Assembly: GCA_041662625.1 (NCBI GenBank)
Contig: JBAZSB010000001.1
Location: 51,572 to 115,571, forward strand
Direction: 5' to 3'
Source of the DNA: Patescibacteria group bacterium
GTDB taxonomy: Bacteria; Patescibacteriota; Patescibacteriia; Buchananbacterales; UBA6539
DNA: 64,000 nucleotides
Of this stretch, positions 17,287 to 26,561 are shown in pieces. The notes under the pieces were generated by a model that searched no databases, had not been told where the DNA came from, and saw only the letters and a list, made by a program, of their open reading frames with translations. Both the position numbers and the translations under genes were made by a program. How positions within the stretch are numbered: the stretch's first letter is position 1; every line of letters begins with the position of its first letter.

Positions 17287-18825
17287 TTAACCTTTCAACT
17301 TATTGATTAGGATATCATTGATCATCTCGGGATCAGCCTGGCCTTTAGTGGCCCGCATCACCTGACCGATGAAAAATTGAATCACAGTTTCTTTGCCCGC
17401 CTTATACTGTTCAACCTGCTTGGGGTTAGCGGCAATAATTTGATCAACTATTGAATCTAGCTCATCAGTAGTTTGACTTTTACCTAAATCTTCTTCAGTC
17501 ATAATGTCGGAGGGATCTTGTCCGGTTTCATACATTCTCTCCAGCAGTTTTTGCGCCACAGTGGAATTGACTTTATTCTGGTAAATAATGGTGATAAATT
17601 CGGCGAAGTTTTCCGGTGTGATATTAACGATTTCCACTAAATCCTTGCCGTCTTTATAAACGATGGCCATTAATTTATTGGTTAGCCAATTGGTCGTCAG
17701 TTTGGCTAGTTTAGCTTTTCCCTTTTGCCAAACTTCCTCATCAGTGCCTTCGACCTCGCCCAAAGCAATCAGCCAGGCGCGCAGTTCAGAAATCACTTGC
17801 TCAAAAAATACAGCCAGGTTTTTATCATCGGTCAAAGTTCTGGCATTTTCGGCGGATAATTCAAATTCTTCAATAAAACGCTGGCGGCAGGCTTGGGGAA
17901 GTTCAATCAAGCTGTTTTTAATGGCTTCAACATCAATACCGTTTGGTGCCTGCGGACTGAAATTTAAAGGCGGTAAATCGGGTTCGGGGAAGTAGCGATA
18001 ATCGGAAGCTTCTTCTTTGGTCCGTTGCTCCTCGGTAATACCTTTGTTTTCATCCCAACCGCGGGTTGATTGAGTCGCTGGCGGTTTACCTTCTTCCCAA
18101 AGTTTAGTTTGCCTTTTAATTTCGTATTCCAAGGCCCGTTCAACGGCTTTAAAAGAATTAAGGTTTTTAATTTCCGTCTTTGGGCTCAGCTTTTTAAGGT
18201 CAATTTTATCAGCGGGTTGGTTGGTCAAAGAAATATTAGCATCACAGCGCAGATGACCTTTTTCCATATCCGCCTCAGAGATATCCAAATAGCGCATAAT
18301 CAGCCTCAGCTCCTGCATAAAAGTTTTTGCTTCCGAGGGGGTGCGAATATCAGGTTCAGTGACAATCTCCATCAGCGGTGTGCTGGAGCGGTTATAATCA
18401 ACTAAAGTACTTTTACCATCAACTGAATGGAAGTTTTTAGCGGCATCTTCTTCCAGGTGGAGTCGGGTAATGTCGATTCGGCGCGGCCCAGCCTTAGTTT
18501 CGATATCTAAAAAGCCCTTAATGCCGATTGGCTGGTCATACTGAGAAATCTGGTAAGCTTTTGGCAGGTCGGGATAAAAATAACTTTTCCGGTCAAATTT
18601 TGAAATTTTAGGAATATCACAGTTGATCGCCAAAGCCGCCATTACTGACCACTCAATTGCCTGACGGTTGATTACGGGTAAAACTCCAGGATGGCCCATG
18701 CAAATCGGGCAAACCGTGGTATTGGCCGGCTTGTCTTCACCGGTATTATCACAGCCGCAGAACATCTTTGATTTGGTTTTGAGTTGAACGTGGATTTCTA
18801 ATCCAATAACTGGTGTCAATTTCAT
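17287..18825 (-). CDS. gatB: aspartyl/glutamyl-tRNA(Asn/Gln) amidotransferase subunit B
   Basis: MKLTPVIGLEIHVQL start; GatB/YqeY C-terminal domain. Confidence 0.9.
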   Translation of the reverse strand: MKLTPVIGLEIHVQLKTKSKMFCGCDNTGEDKPANTTVCPICMGHPGVLPVINRQAIEWSVMAALAINCDIPKISKFDRKSYFYPDLPKAYQISQYDQPIGIKGFLDIETKAGPRRIDITRLHLEEDAAKNFHSVDGKSTLVDYNRSSTPLMEIVTEPDIRTPSEAKTFMQELRLIMRYLDISEADMEKGHLRCDANISLTNQPADKIDLKKLSPKTEIKNLNSFKAVERALEYEIKRQTKLWEEGKPPATQSTRGWDENKGITEEQRTKEEASDYRYFPEPDLPPLNFSPQAPNGIDVEAIKNSLIELPQACRQRFIEEFELSAENARTLTDDKNLAVFFEQVISELRAWLIALGEVEGTDEEVWQKGKAKLAKLTTNWLTNKLMAIVYKDGKDLVEIVNITPENFAEFITIIYQNKVNSTVAQKLLERMYETGQDPSDIMTEEDLGKSQTTDELDSIVDQIIAANPKQVEQYKAGKETVIQFFIGQVMRATKGQADPEMINDILINKLKG

Positions 18826-18885
18826 AATTAAATCAATAAAATTTACTGTTATAGCTTATCATAAATTGATGAAAAAATAAAGTCT

Positions 18886-18911
18886 TAAAAAAAGAAGCCC
18901 GGTTAAGGGCT
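18886..18911 (-). terminator. rho-independent terminator (minus strand) ending the dTTP operon transcript
   Basis: On the minus strand agcccttaaccgggct hairpin followed by tcttttttt. Confidence 0.5.
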
Positions 18912-18934
18912 GATATCGAATCCGTGGCGGTAAA

Positions 18935-19051
18935 TCATTTGCGAAAGCGGACTTCGCTGCGGCCGGACAACTTTCCGAGTAGCGACCAGACGAGGTCGCG
19001 CCACCACCGATGCCAGGTCAGGTGTCTTTCCTTCTTTCCCTTCTTCTTCAT
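18935..19051 (-). CDS. candidate 38-aa highly basic, Trp-rich small protein in a GC-rich 200-nt segment (alternatively an ncRNA)
   Basis: MKKKGKKERHLTWHRWWRDLVWSLLGKLSGRSEVRFRK. Strong SD GGAGGG 5 nt upstream; AAG-rich codon usage unlike the backbone; lies between the tmk-like stop and the terminator at 18886-18911. Confidence 0.3.
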   Translation of the reverse strand: MKKKGKKERHLTWHRWWRDLVWSLLGKLSGRSEVRFRK

Positions 19052-19120
19052 GACTCCCTCCATTCCCGTTAGGATATAATAACACCTTAATTTAACATAA
19101 TCATCATGGCTTGTCAATCG

Positions 19121-19714
19121 TTACAAGCCTGGCTTCACTTTTTGCCAAATATCTTGAGCTACTTTTTCTTTTGGTTGATTGGCCAAAACAATTTGCCAGC
19201 CATATTTTTTTGCCAAATCTAAGTGAACTTGGCGGTTTTTAGCCATCCACTCATCGTTTTGCTCATGTAAATGATTGGTTTCAATGCCGTCTAGAAATCT
19301 TTGGCCGTCAAGCAGAATCACTATATCTTCCTTAATTAAATCCTGATTTTGTTTTTCTAAAGCGACCAGTTCAGCACCTTTAGTAACGCCCCAAGCTAAA
19401 CCCGTGCCGATATAATCTTCAGCGACAATATTGGTGCCCTGGTTTAATTTTTCTTCCAGTTGTGGCTGAAAGTCGCGGCGGTTTTGGGCGTAGATCTCCT
19501 GTAGTTCCAGCTCGGTTATTTCTTGGGCTTTGCCGCCGCGCAGAATCTGGTTAATCTGCGGCCCCGTCGGTTGGCAGTCATAAATCGGATATTTTAAATA
19601 CTCGGCTTTGTAGCCTTGCTCGTTTAGTTTTACCACTAATAATTTGGCCTGGGTCGTCTTGCCCAGGTTATTGCTGCCATAGATAACAATTAATTTGCCT
19701 TTAGTTTTTTTCAT
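19121..19714 (-). CDS. thymidylate kinase family P-loop kinase (probable dTMP kinase)
   Basis: P-loop IVIYGSNNLGKTTQ and an EDY..G..A region resembling the Tmk DRY segment; 4-nt overlap with the upstream DHFR-family gene; thyA/dut context. Confidence 0.55.
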   Translation of the reverse strand: MKKTKGKLIVIYGSNNLGKTTQAKLLVVKLNEQGYKAEYLKYPIYDCQPTGPQINQILRGGKAQEITELELQEIYAQNRRDFQPQLEEKLNQGTNIVAEDYIGTGLAWGVTKGAELVALEKQNQDLIKEDIVILLDGQRFLDGIETNHLHEQNDEWMAKNRQVHLDLAKKYGWQIVLANQPKEKVAQDIWQKVKPGL

Positions 19715-20229
19715 TTTAAAACCTTGTATTTTAGTTGCACGGCGTTATCGCCAATCTCTTTGACTTCAATTAATTCTAAATTCAAATCCAGTTCTTCGCC
19801 TTCGGTAAAGTTCATTCCTACCCCAAAGATTTTTGACTCCACGGTAATCCAAATTTCATCAACTAAGCCAGCTTTTAAGAAAAAGGAATTAGTCCGGGCT
19901 CCGCCGCCTAAAATGGCTGTTTGGTGACCTTTGGTTTCCAGATATTTAATTACTTCTTGGGGTGTAGCTTTCAGGAATTCCAATTCTTCGGGTTTAACCA
20001 AATTTTTATATTTTTCCGGTTCCAGGCTCAGAATTAAATTAAACCGCCCCGGCAAAGCAGTTTTTCCCATGGCTTCAAAGGTCGTATCGCCCATAACAAT
20101 GGCGCCGGCTTTCTTTGTCTCAGCAATAAAAACTTTTTTGTCGGCTTTGGAAGTCCAATTGGCATTTTGGGTTTTATTTTTGGCAATGATGCCGTCGGCA
20201 GTCATCGCCATCATCAGGATGAGCTTCAT
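19711..20229 (-). CDS. dihydrofolate reductase family protein (RibD C-terminal-domain type)
   Basis: MKLILMMAMTADGIIA... pattern typical of the RibD_C/DHFR-like family; sits between thyA and tmk. Confidence 0.6.
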   Translation of the reverse strand: MKLILMMAMTADGIIAKNKTQNANWTSKADKKVFIAETKKAGAIVMGDTTFEAMGKTALPGRFNLILSLEPEKYKNLVKPEELEFLKATPQEVIKYLETKGHQTAILGGGARTNSFFLKAGLVDEIWITVESKIFGVGMNFTEGEELDLNLELIEVKEIGDNAVQLKYKVLK

Positions 20230-20253
20230 AAGGTAGCTTAGGAATTATAGGAA

Positions 20254-20319
20254 GTAGATTGGTAGGGTGGTAGATTGGTAGGTGTAAATACAAACCATCT
20301 ACCATTCTACCAATCTACC
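20254..20319. repeat. long imperfect hairpin between thyA stop and DHFR-family start (tagattggtag repeats)
   Basis: gtagattggtagggtggtagattggtagg ... ccatctaccattctaccaatctacc form a stem of about 25 bp with a 12-nt loop. Confidence 0.4.
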
Positions 20320-20322
20320 GCC

Positions 20323-21237
20323 CTAAACTGCTATTTCAAATTTAATCGTTGGATAACTTTGGTAATTAATTAATTCGGTGTCAGTGGCTTGCCAGTCAAA
20401 AATGGAAGTGAACTTTTCGGTTCTAATTGTTGGCAAGGAATATTTATTTGGGTCGCGAGCTAATTGCTCTTTTAAGCCGTCGATATGGTTGACATAAATA
20501 TGGGTATCGGCCAAAAAACCGGTCAGAACTCCTTCTTTACATCCTGTTTCTTTAGCCAGCAGATGAAGGAGGGTAGCATAACTGGCGATATTAAATGGCA
20601 GACCTAAAGCAACATCCACTGATCGTTGGTTCCAAAATAAATTTAGTTTATTATTGATAACTGTAATTTGAAAACCATAATGACAATACGGCGGTACGGC
20701 TTTATCAATATCAAGTGGATTCCAAGCCAAAACTAGCATTCGCCGGCTATCGGGATGGGCTTTTAATTCGTCAACAACTCTTTTAAGCTGGTCAACGCCT
20801 TGGCCGGAATAATCGGTGTCATAAGATTGATACTTGGCGCCAAAATGTCGCCATTCCCAGCCATAAATCGTGCCTAAATCCCTTTCCGCCAGCATTTTCT
20901 TTTTAGTTTCTTCGTCGTTGGCATAAGGAACTTTTAAAGGTGTACACCATTCATCCCAAATATGGTTATTGTGGTCAATCAGCCATTGCTTGTCAGTAAT
21001 GCCTTTGATAAAAAATTCTAGTTCCGTTGCTACTAGCCGATAGGGAACCTTTTTTGTTATTAAGAGGGGGAAGCCAGATTCCATCTTATGTTGAAATATA
21101 GCTCCGGGAATAACCAAAGTATCAATCCCGGTTCGGTTGGTTGTTTTTTCCCCAGTCTCAAGAATTTTTTTGACAATATCTAAGTAGGCTTTCATCCCGT
21201 TAGAGATAGGTTGCGGTCGAAACCGCTTCTTAATCAT
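20323..21237 (-). CDS. thyA: thymidylate synthase (ThyA)
   Basis: MKAYLDIVKKILETG...NRTGIDTL and catalytic Cys region (PPYCHYGFQ). The likely true start is the internal Met at 21195; the track ORF starts at 21237. Confidence 0.85.
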   Translation of the reverse strand: MIKKRFRPQPISNGMKAYLDIVKKILETGEKTTNRTGIDTLVIPGAIFQHKMESGFPLLITKKVPYRLVATELEFFIKGITDKQWLIDHNNHIWDEWCTPLKVPYANDEETKKKMLAERDLGTIYGWEWRHFGAKYQSYDTDYSGQGVDQLKRVVDELKAHPDSRRMLVLAWNPLDIDKAVPPYCHYGFQITVINNKLNLFWNQRSVDVALGLPFNIASYATLLHLLAKETGCKEGVLTGFLADTHIYVNHIDGLKEQLARDPNKYSLPTIRTEKFTSIFDWQATDTELINYQSYPTIKFEIAV

Positions 21238-21318
21238 TAAATGAATTAGACAATGTTTCTATTTTAGCCGTTAGAGTATTTCAATCAGCAAAAGCAATCT
21301 CTAACGGGATTCATTATT

Positions 21319-23658
21319 TTATAATTTAAAATCCTCTTGCCAGGGCTGGATAACTCTTTTTTTATTCTTGCCTTCACTGTAGTTGAAGACCGGCCCGATG
21401 GCAAAAAACATTTTTCCTTCCTGATCAGGATAAATCACGATAATATAATTGATTCCATCAAGATATTCATCTAGACTATTTGCGGCATCAATCTGATAAC
21501 TGAAACTATATTTATTCTGAATGCCGGCTTTTTGGACATCGCCCATTACCCCTCTGATATGTTTATCAAAATTATTAATGAAGCTATAATCTTCAGCCGT
21601 CAAAGGTTCATTTTCTAGTTCCTGGCGAGCAACTGCGGTTATTCTTTGCAAGATTATTTTTAGATTTTCCAGCCGTTCTGCTGATTTGGCACTGGGTAAA
21701 ATGATTTGCAAACTTTTAAAACCATCCATTACCATTTGGGTATTAGCTAGAAGTTGGCTGTAAATTTCGACTTGGGGTTCAATATAGCCATACGGAAAAT
21801 GCGGGATCAAGCCGCCGCTTTCCATCGCACTGGTTTTTTCAAAATTAATTTCCCGGTGATTGGCTACCCAGGCCGCTAAGCCAGTATTAAGAGATTTTTT
21901 GGCCCAAGCTGTTGTTTGCATGAAAGTCGGTAAACCCGTTGTCGACTGGTTGCTGAAATTTTTTAGTGAAGCAAGCAGCGCCAGATAGGAATTATCATGC
22001 CAGTTATACTGGTCAAATTTTTTGATTTCATTTTTAAAATTATCAAGATTTTGGCCATAAAATTCATAGTAATCATTTTTGTTTTCTGTCAGGATTCCCT
22101 TGGCAGTTTCATTACCCAAAAGATTAAAAAGATCCAGGCCACTGGGTAGGCAGCGGTAAGCTTCATCATCCTTGGGGCAGGCAGTGAAAGGTAAGATTTG
22201 GTCTTTAGTTTTTGGCTCTAGGTATTGACCAACACTTTGGCCGCTTAAAGAATGAAACAAGCTATCTTCTAAGAGGTAATAATTTCTAAGTAATTTTAAA
22301 CCAACTTGCTCTTTTTTGTCTTGGCTGCCGCCTAAAACAGCAGTGAATTCAAAGCTGCTGATTTTTCCCCGGAGATCGGCGAGCTGTTTTTTTACTGTTT
22401 CCGCATCAGCGGAAAAAATTTCATCCAGCTGATAATTGGCGCCAAACAGACTTTCTAAAGCTTGATGATAGTCAAGGTAAGTCAAATTATTTTCCAAGCC
22501 TTTAAAGAAGGAGATTGATTTATAGATATTCGCCCAGCGATTTTTTAAATTTTGGTTGCTCGCTAAATCATGGCTTAAATAAAGCCCAGCTAAAAAATTA
22601 ATCTTTTGATCCTCTTCGTCAAGCAAGCAATTGGGGCAGTCATCACTAATATACCAAAGCGGGAATATAACATCATTAAGCCAGGTGATGGCCAAATAAT
22701 AATTTTTTAGTTTTTCGGAAGTTTGATATTGGGGTGGGACTTCATAATTTAGGTAACTTTTTTGGTAGAGGAAAATTGGCGAAGCAGCCGTTTTTGCTTT
22801 AGTGCTGATTAACTCAATTTCTTGGTCAATTTCCTTGGTTAAATATTCCGGAACGCTAACTTTATAAACACTGGCTTCCTGAGGTGAAAAATATTTGTTG
22901 CTGGTGCCAATTGCTTCTTTGATTTGTTTTGGCTCGGGAGAAAGCAGTTTTAAAGCAATACCTAAATAGGCCATTTCGAGCCGGTTGGCTTCAGTAATAA
23001 TATCGGTTTCGATGCCAAACTGCTGGTACCGGCTTTCATAGCGGAATTTAGTCTGGTTGTAAAGATCATTTAGCAGGCCCCAAAGAGAAGAATAAAATAT
23101 TTCTTGCTCCGTTTCTTTGTAAATTAGGTGGAGGGTATCTTGATAGAGGCCGATGATTGAGTCCGAACTGATGAAAATTGGTAAATCATTTTCTTTAACC
23201 AGTTTATAATTACTTTCCCAGTCGGTCAGCTGGCTGCTGAAGGGGTTTGCCATAACCACAAAGCCGTTTTCTCCAAGCTTTGGCAAAGCACTTTCCAATT
23301 TAATTTTTCGGGAAAAATCACGGTAGTTGACCACTTGCTCTTTAATATTTTCAATTGGCAAAGGATAAGTAGGGGCCGCTGGTGTATACGAAATTTCAAT
23401 TGGTTGGTAGAACGAAGAAATAAACTGTTTTTCTTTGGCCAGCTGTGATTGGGGAGTGTTGCCATTTTCGCCATTAGCGTTGACATCACCGGAACTTGGC
23501 AAAATAGGAACGTTGCCATTGACGTTTGTTTCTGGTGTCGGTTCCGGAGTTAATGGTTGGGGCCTTTGAAAATAGAAAAATAAAAAAACGCTGGTAATGA
23601 TTAGCAGGATTATTACTATCGCGATCCCAATTAGGTAAATAATTCTGTTGTCCTCCAT
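21319..23658 (-). CDS. hypothetical 779-aa protein with N-terminal TM anchor, embedded in the dTTP-synthesis operon
   Basis: Long uninterrupted ORF; TM at residues about 8-30; low-complexity Pro/Thr/Asn linker then a large soluble region; no recognisable catalytic motifs. Confidence 0.5.
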   Translation of the reverse strand: MEDNRIIYLIGIAIVIILLIITSVFLFFYFQRPQPLTPEPTPETNVNGNVPILPSSGDVNANGENGNTPQSQLAKEKQFISSFYQPIEISYTPAAPTYPLPIENIKEQVVNYRDFSRKIKLESALPKLGENGFVVMANPFSSQLTDWESNYKLVKENDLPIFISSDSIIGLYQDTLHLIYKETEQEIFYSSLWGLLNDLYNQTKFRYESRYQQFGIETDIITEANRLEMAYLGIALKLLSPEPKQIKEAIGTSNKYFSPQEASVYKVSVPEYLTKEIDQEIELISTKAKTAASPIFLYQKSYLNYEVPPQYQTSEKLKNYYLAITWLNDVIFPLWYISDDCPNCLLDEEDQKINFLAGLYLSHDLASNQNLKNRWANIYKSISFFKGLENNLTYLDYHQALESLFGANYQLDEIFSADAETVKKQLADLRGKISSFEFTAVLGGSQDKKEQVGLKLLRNYYLLEDSLFHSLSGQSVGQYLEPKTKDQILPFTACPKDDEAYRCLPSGLDLFNLLGNETAKGILTENKNDYYEFYGQNLDNFKNEIKKFDQYNWHDNSYLALLASLKNFSNQSTTGLPTFMQTTAWAKKSLNTGLAAWVANHREINFEKTSAMESGGLIPHFPYGYIEPQVEIYSQLLANTQMVMDGFKSLQIILPSAKSAERLENLKIILQRITAVARQELENEPLTAEDYSFINNFDKHIRGVMGDVQKAGIQNKYSFSYQIDAANSLDEYLDGINYIIVIYPDQEGKMFFAIGPVFNYSEGKNKKRVIQPWQEDFKL

Positions 23659-23708
23659 ATTTTTTAAGTCAAGCTAAAGTGAGTAGGTAAGTAAGTCAAG
23701 ATAAAGTG

Positions 23709-24128
23709 TTATTTGCCGGTAGAGCCAAAGCGACCATCATTACGGCTAGAATCAGCAAGCCGATCAGATTCTTCTAACTCGGCATAAGCGATTGGAAAAA
23801 TTACTAGTTGGGCAATTCGATCACCTTTCTTGATTTGGTATGGCTCATCGCTTAAGTTGATTAAGCCACAATTGTATTCGCCGCGGAAACCGCAGTCAAA
23901 TACTCCGCCTAAATTATGAATTGACTTAACACTTAGACTACTTCTATCTCGAGTTAGGGCGACATAGCCTTCTTCGAATTCTAAGGCAAATCCTAATTCA
24001 AATTTTTTTCTTTCACCCGGTTTTAATTCATAATCTTCCAGCGAGTAAAGATCTAATCCCGCATCGCCGGGATGGGAGTAGGTTGGAATCACTGCCTCGG
24101 ATTTGAGTTTTTTTATTTTAACTCTCAT
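23709..24128 (-). CDS. dut: dUTP diphosphatase
   Basis: dUTPase motifs (GDAGLDLYS, ...RSS...); 139 aa. Confidence 0.8.
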   Translation of the reverse strand: MRVKIKKLKSEAVIPTYSHPGDAGLDLYSLEDYELKPGERKKFELGFALEFEEGYVALTRDRSSLSVKSIHNLGGVFDCGFRGEYNCGLINLSDEPYQIKKGDRIAQLVIFPIAYAELEESDRLADSSRNDGRFGSTGK

Positions 24129-24688
24129 ACCTTGTCGATTTTTTCTAAGATGTCATCAATCTGGTGATAAAGATGAGTTAAATCACCATTATTATCAATG
24201 GTATAGCGGGTGAGTTTAATCACCTCGTCAATCTGCTGTTCCGCCTCCTGGAGTTCGTCTTGTTTAAATTGTTCCAAAGTTTTTTTAGTGTCGTCAACAT
24301 TTTCTCCTCTTTTCACTAGCCTTTCATAGCGCAGCTCCTGTTTGGTATAGATGTAAACTAAATGAAAACCGGGGATTTCCCGGAGATATTTAATATCGGG
24401 TTTTCTTCTGACCCCGTCAATCACAATTACTTTGGCGTCATCGCGTTTAACATCTTGGGCCATCACTTTGGCCAAGACATCATCGCCGAAATTTTGTCTT
24501 AAAGCGCCTGAAATTTTTTGGAGGTTTTCTCGGCTTTGCTCTATATAAAGCCGGTCAGCAATATCGCGTAACATTGTTGAAAAACGATGAATTGAGGCAT
24601 TCTGTTTTTCTTTGAGGTATTGGCCAACCGTTCCTTTGCCGGCAGCAATTTTACCAATAAAGCCTATAATGATTTTTTCTTTAACCAT
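24125..24688 (-). CDS. P-loop nucleotide/nucleoside kinase (dNMP kinase-like)
   Basis: Walker A GFIGKIAAGKGTV; size and context (between dCMP deaminase and dut, overlapping both by 4-8 nt) suggest a deoxynucleotide kinase. Confidence 0.45.
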   Translation of the reverse strand: MVKEKIIIGFIGKIAAGKGTVGQYLKEKQNASIHRFSTMLRDIADRLYIEQSRENLQKISGALRQNFGDDVLAKVMAQDVKRDDAKVIVIDGVRRKPDIKYLREIPGFHLVYIYTKQELRYERLVKRGENVDDTKKTLEQFKQDELQEAEQQIDEVIKLTRYTIDNNGDLTHLYHQIDDILEKIDKV

Positions 24689-25220
24689 GTTTTTCCTCTA
24701 GTTTAATTTTTCCTTCATTAGTCCGGTCGGGTATTTCTTCGGAAAAAATTTTTTTTATCTCCTCGTTCCACTCTGGGTTCTCCTGATAAATGTCAACTTT
24801 GACCCCAGCTTCTTTAAACATATCGATTGCTTTATCATTGCGATAAACTTTGCCGATTACCACTCTTTTAACGCCGCAGGCAATGACATATTTAGTGCAG
24901 TGAATACAGGGGCTATATTTAGTATACATTGTTGAACCAGCTGTACTGGTGCCGCCTTGGACTGCTGCTTGAAGCAAGGAATTGTGTTCACCGTGAATGG
25001 TCCGGACGCAATGGCCTTCTTCCATTAGATGGCCGACATCATGGCAGTGCGGTAGGCCGGGAGGAGAACCATTATAACCGGTGGAAATAATTCGATTGTC
25101 TTTGACTAAAACCGATCCGGCATAAAGCCGGTCGCAGGTACCCCGGGCGGCAATAATTTTGGCAATGGCCATAAAATAGTCATCCCAGGATGGGCGATAG
25201 TGAGTTCGTTCTTCTGCCAT
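24681..25220 (-). CDS. dCMP deaminase (ComEB family)
   Basis: Zinc-binding HGEHN...PCIHCTKY cytidine/deoxycytidylate deaminase signature. Confidence 0.75.
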   Translation of the reverse strand: MAEERTHYRPSWDDYFMAIAKIIAARGTCDRLYAGSVLVKDNRIISTGYNGSPPGLPHCHDVGHLMEEGHCVRTIHGEHNSLLQAAVQGGTSTAGSTMYTKYSPCIHCTKYVIACGVKRVVIGKVYRNDKAIDMFKEAGVKVDIYQENPEWNEEIKKIFSEEIPDRTNEGKIKLEEKHG

Positions 25221-25310
25221 ATTTCTTGATTGATTGAGAAAATAAATTAAGATTTCCGACCCCTATATTTTAACAGATTTAGGTTATCTTAGTCAAAGAT
25301 TCATTTTTTA

Positions 25311-25342
25311 GTAACAAAAGCCGCGGACTCAATTCCGCGGCT
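25311..25342 (-). terminator. terminator of the rplK-rplA operon (minus strand)
   Basis: agccgcgg/ccgcggct is a perfect 8-bp stem, followed on the minus strand by a T-run. Confidence 0.5.
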
Positions 25343-25363
25343 AAAGTTTTTAGTATCGAGAAT

Positions 25364-26044
25364 TTATAATTGAACCTTTATTCCTGGCCCCATTGACGAG
25401 GAAATGCTGACATTTTGTAGGTAAGTACCCTTGGCACTTGAAGGTTTGGCTTTTTTAATGGCTTCGATCAAAACTTGGAAGTTTTCTAGCAATTGCTTTT
25501 CTGAAAAAGAAACCTTGCCGATTATTTGATGGACATTGCTGGTGTCGTCATTTTTGAAGTTAACTTTGCCTTTTTTCAGTTCGCCAATGGTTTTTTTCAG
25601 GTTAGTGGTAATAGTTTCATTTTTTGGTGAAGGCATCAGGCCTTTAGGACCTAAGATCTTGGCGATTACGGCCAACTTGGCCATCATTTCCGGTATGGCC
25701 AAAACAATATCGGCGTCAATTTTGCTGGTTTTTTTGATTTCATCAATCAATTCCTGGCTACCGACAATGTCGGCTCCGGCCTCTTTAGCTTCTTTTTCTT
25801 TGTCGGGCGTAACAATGGCTGCGATTTTTTTAGTTTTGCCCGTGCCATGAGGCAGAGTGACGGCGCCGCGGACCTGCTGCTCACCTTTTTTTGGGTCAAC
25901 ACCGAGCCGGGCATGGATTTCCACGGAACTATCAAATTTTGTCGTGGCGGTTTCCTTAACCAGTTTGATTGCTTCAGCAATTGGGTAAATTTTGTTTTTA
26001 TCGATTTTTTTGACTGCCTCCTGATAGCGTTTTGAACGGCTCAT
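25364..26044 (-). CDS. rplA: 50S ribosomal protein L1
   Basis: MSRSKRY...IDKNKIYPI start; conserved L1 fold motifs. Confidence 0.9.
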   Translation of the reverse strand: MSRSKRYQEAVKKIDKNKIYPIAEAIKLVKETATTKFDSSVEIHARLGVDPKKGEQQVRGAVTLPHGTGKTKKIAAIVTPDKEKEAKEAGADIVGSQELIDEIKKTSKIDADIVLAIPEMMAKLAVIAKILGPKGLMPSPKNETITTNLKKTIGELKKGKVNFKNDDTSNVHQIIGKVSFSEKQLLENFQVLIEAIKKAKPSSAKGTYLQNVSISSSMGPGIKVQL

Positions 26045-26095
26045 ATTTTTTCCTTCGCGGTCAATGAGTTTTTAAACTCTCCCGCAAGTTATTAA

Positions 26096-26521
26096 TTATT
26101 CAACTACTTCTAGGCCCATCTGGCGAGCCGTACCTTCAATTGTTTTCATCGCTCCGGCCAGGTCTTTGGCATTAAGGTCAGGCATTTTCTTTTCGGCAAT
26201 TTCTCGAATCTGAGCTTTGGTAACTTTGCCAACTTTTTTCTTTAAAGTTTCACCCGAGCCTTTCTGAATGCCGGCCGCTTTCTTTAGTAATTCGGCGGCT
26301 GGGGGAGTTTTGGTAATAAAAGTATATGTCCGGTCTTCATAAACGGTAATTTCCACCGGTGTCACTTCTCCTTGTTTATTTTTTGTTGCCTCATTGAATT
26401 TTTGGCAGAATTCAGCAATGTTCAAGCCATGTTGACCTAAAGCCGGCCCGACTGGGGGCGCCGGAGTCGCTTGGCCGCCGGTAATTTGTAATTTGATTAC
26501 TGTTTTTACTTTCTTAGCCAT
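26096..26521 (-). CDS. rplK: 50S ribosomal protein L11
   Basis: [26 protein letters not shown]. Confidence 0.9.
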   Translation of the reverse strand: MAKKVKTVIKLQITGGQATPAPPVGPALGQHGLNIAEFCQKFNEATKNKQGEVTPVEITVYEDRTYTFITKTPPAAELLKKAAGIQKGSGETLKKKVGKVTKAQIREIAEKKMPDLNAKDLAGAMKTIEGTARQMGLEVVE

Positions 26522-26561
26522 ATTGTTAGGAATTAGGAATTAGGAACTAGGAAATTAGGTA

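Noticed and set aside
18911-18935. tRNA T-arm-like tcgaatcc motif
   Set aside because: The flanking bases (ggctgata / ccgtggcgg) cannot form a T-stem, and no acceptor or anticodon arm can be drawn. No tRNA genes were recognised anywhere in the window.
19000-19040. SRP (4.5S) RNA, based on an exact CCAGGTCAGGT 11-mer
   Set aside because: The following sequence is tctttccttc, not the expected CCGGAAGGAAGCAGCC, and neither strand shows the rest of the conserved helix 8. It is probably coincidence, or an extremely divergent form that needs a covariance-model search.
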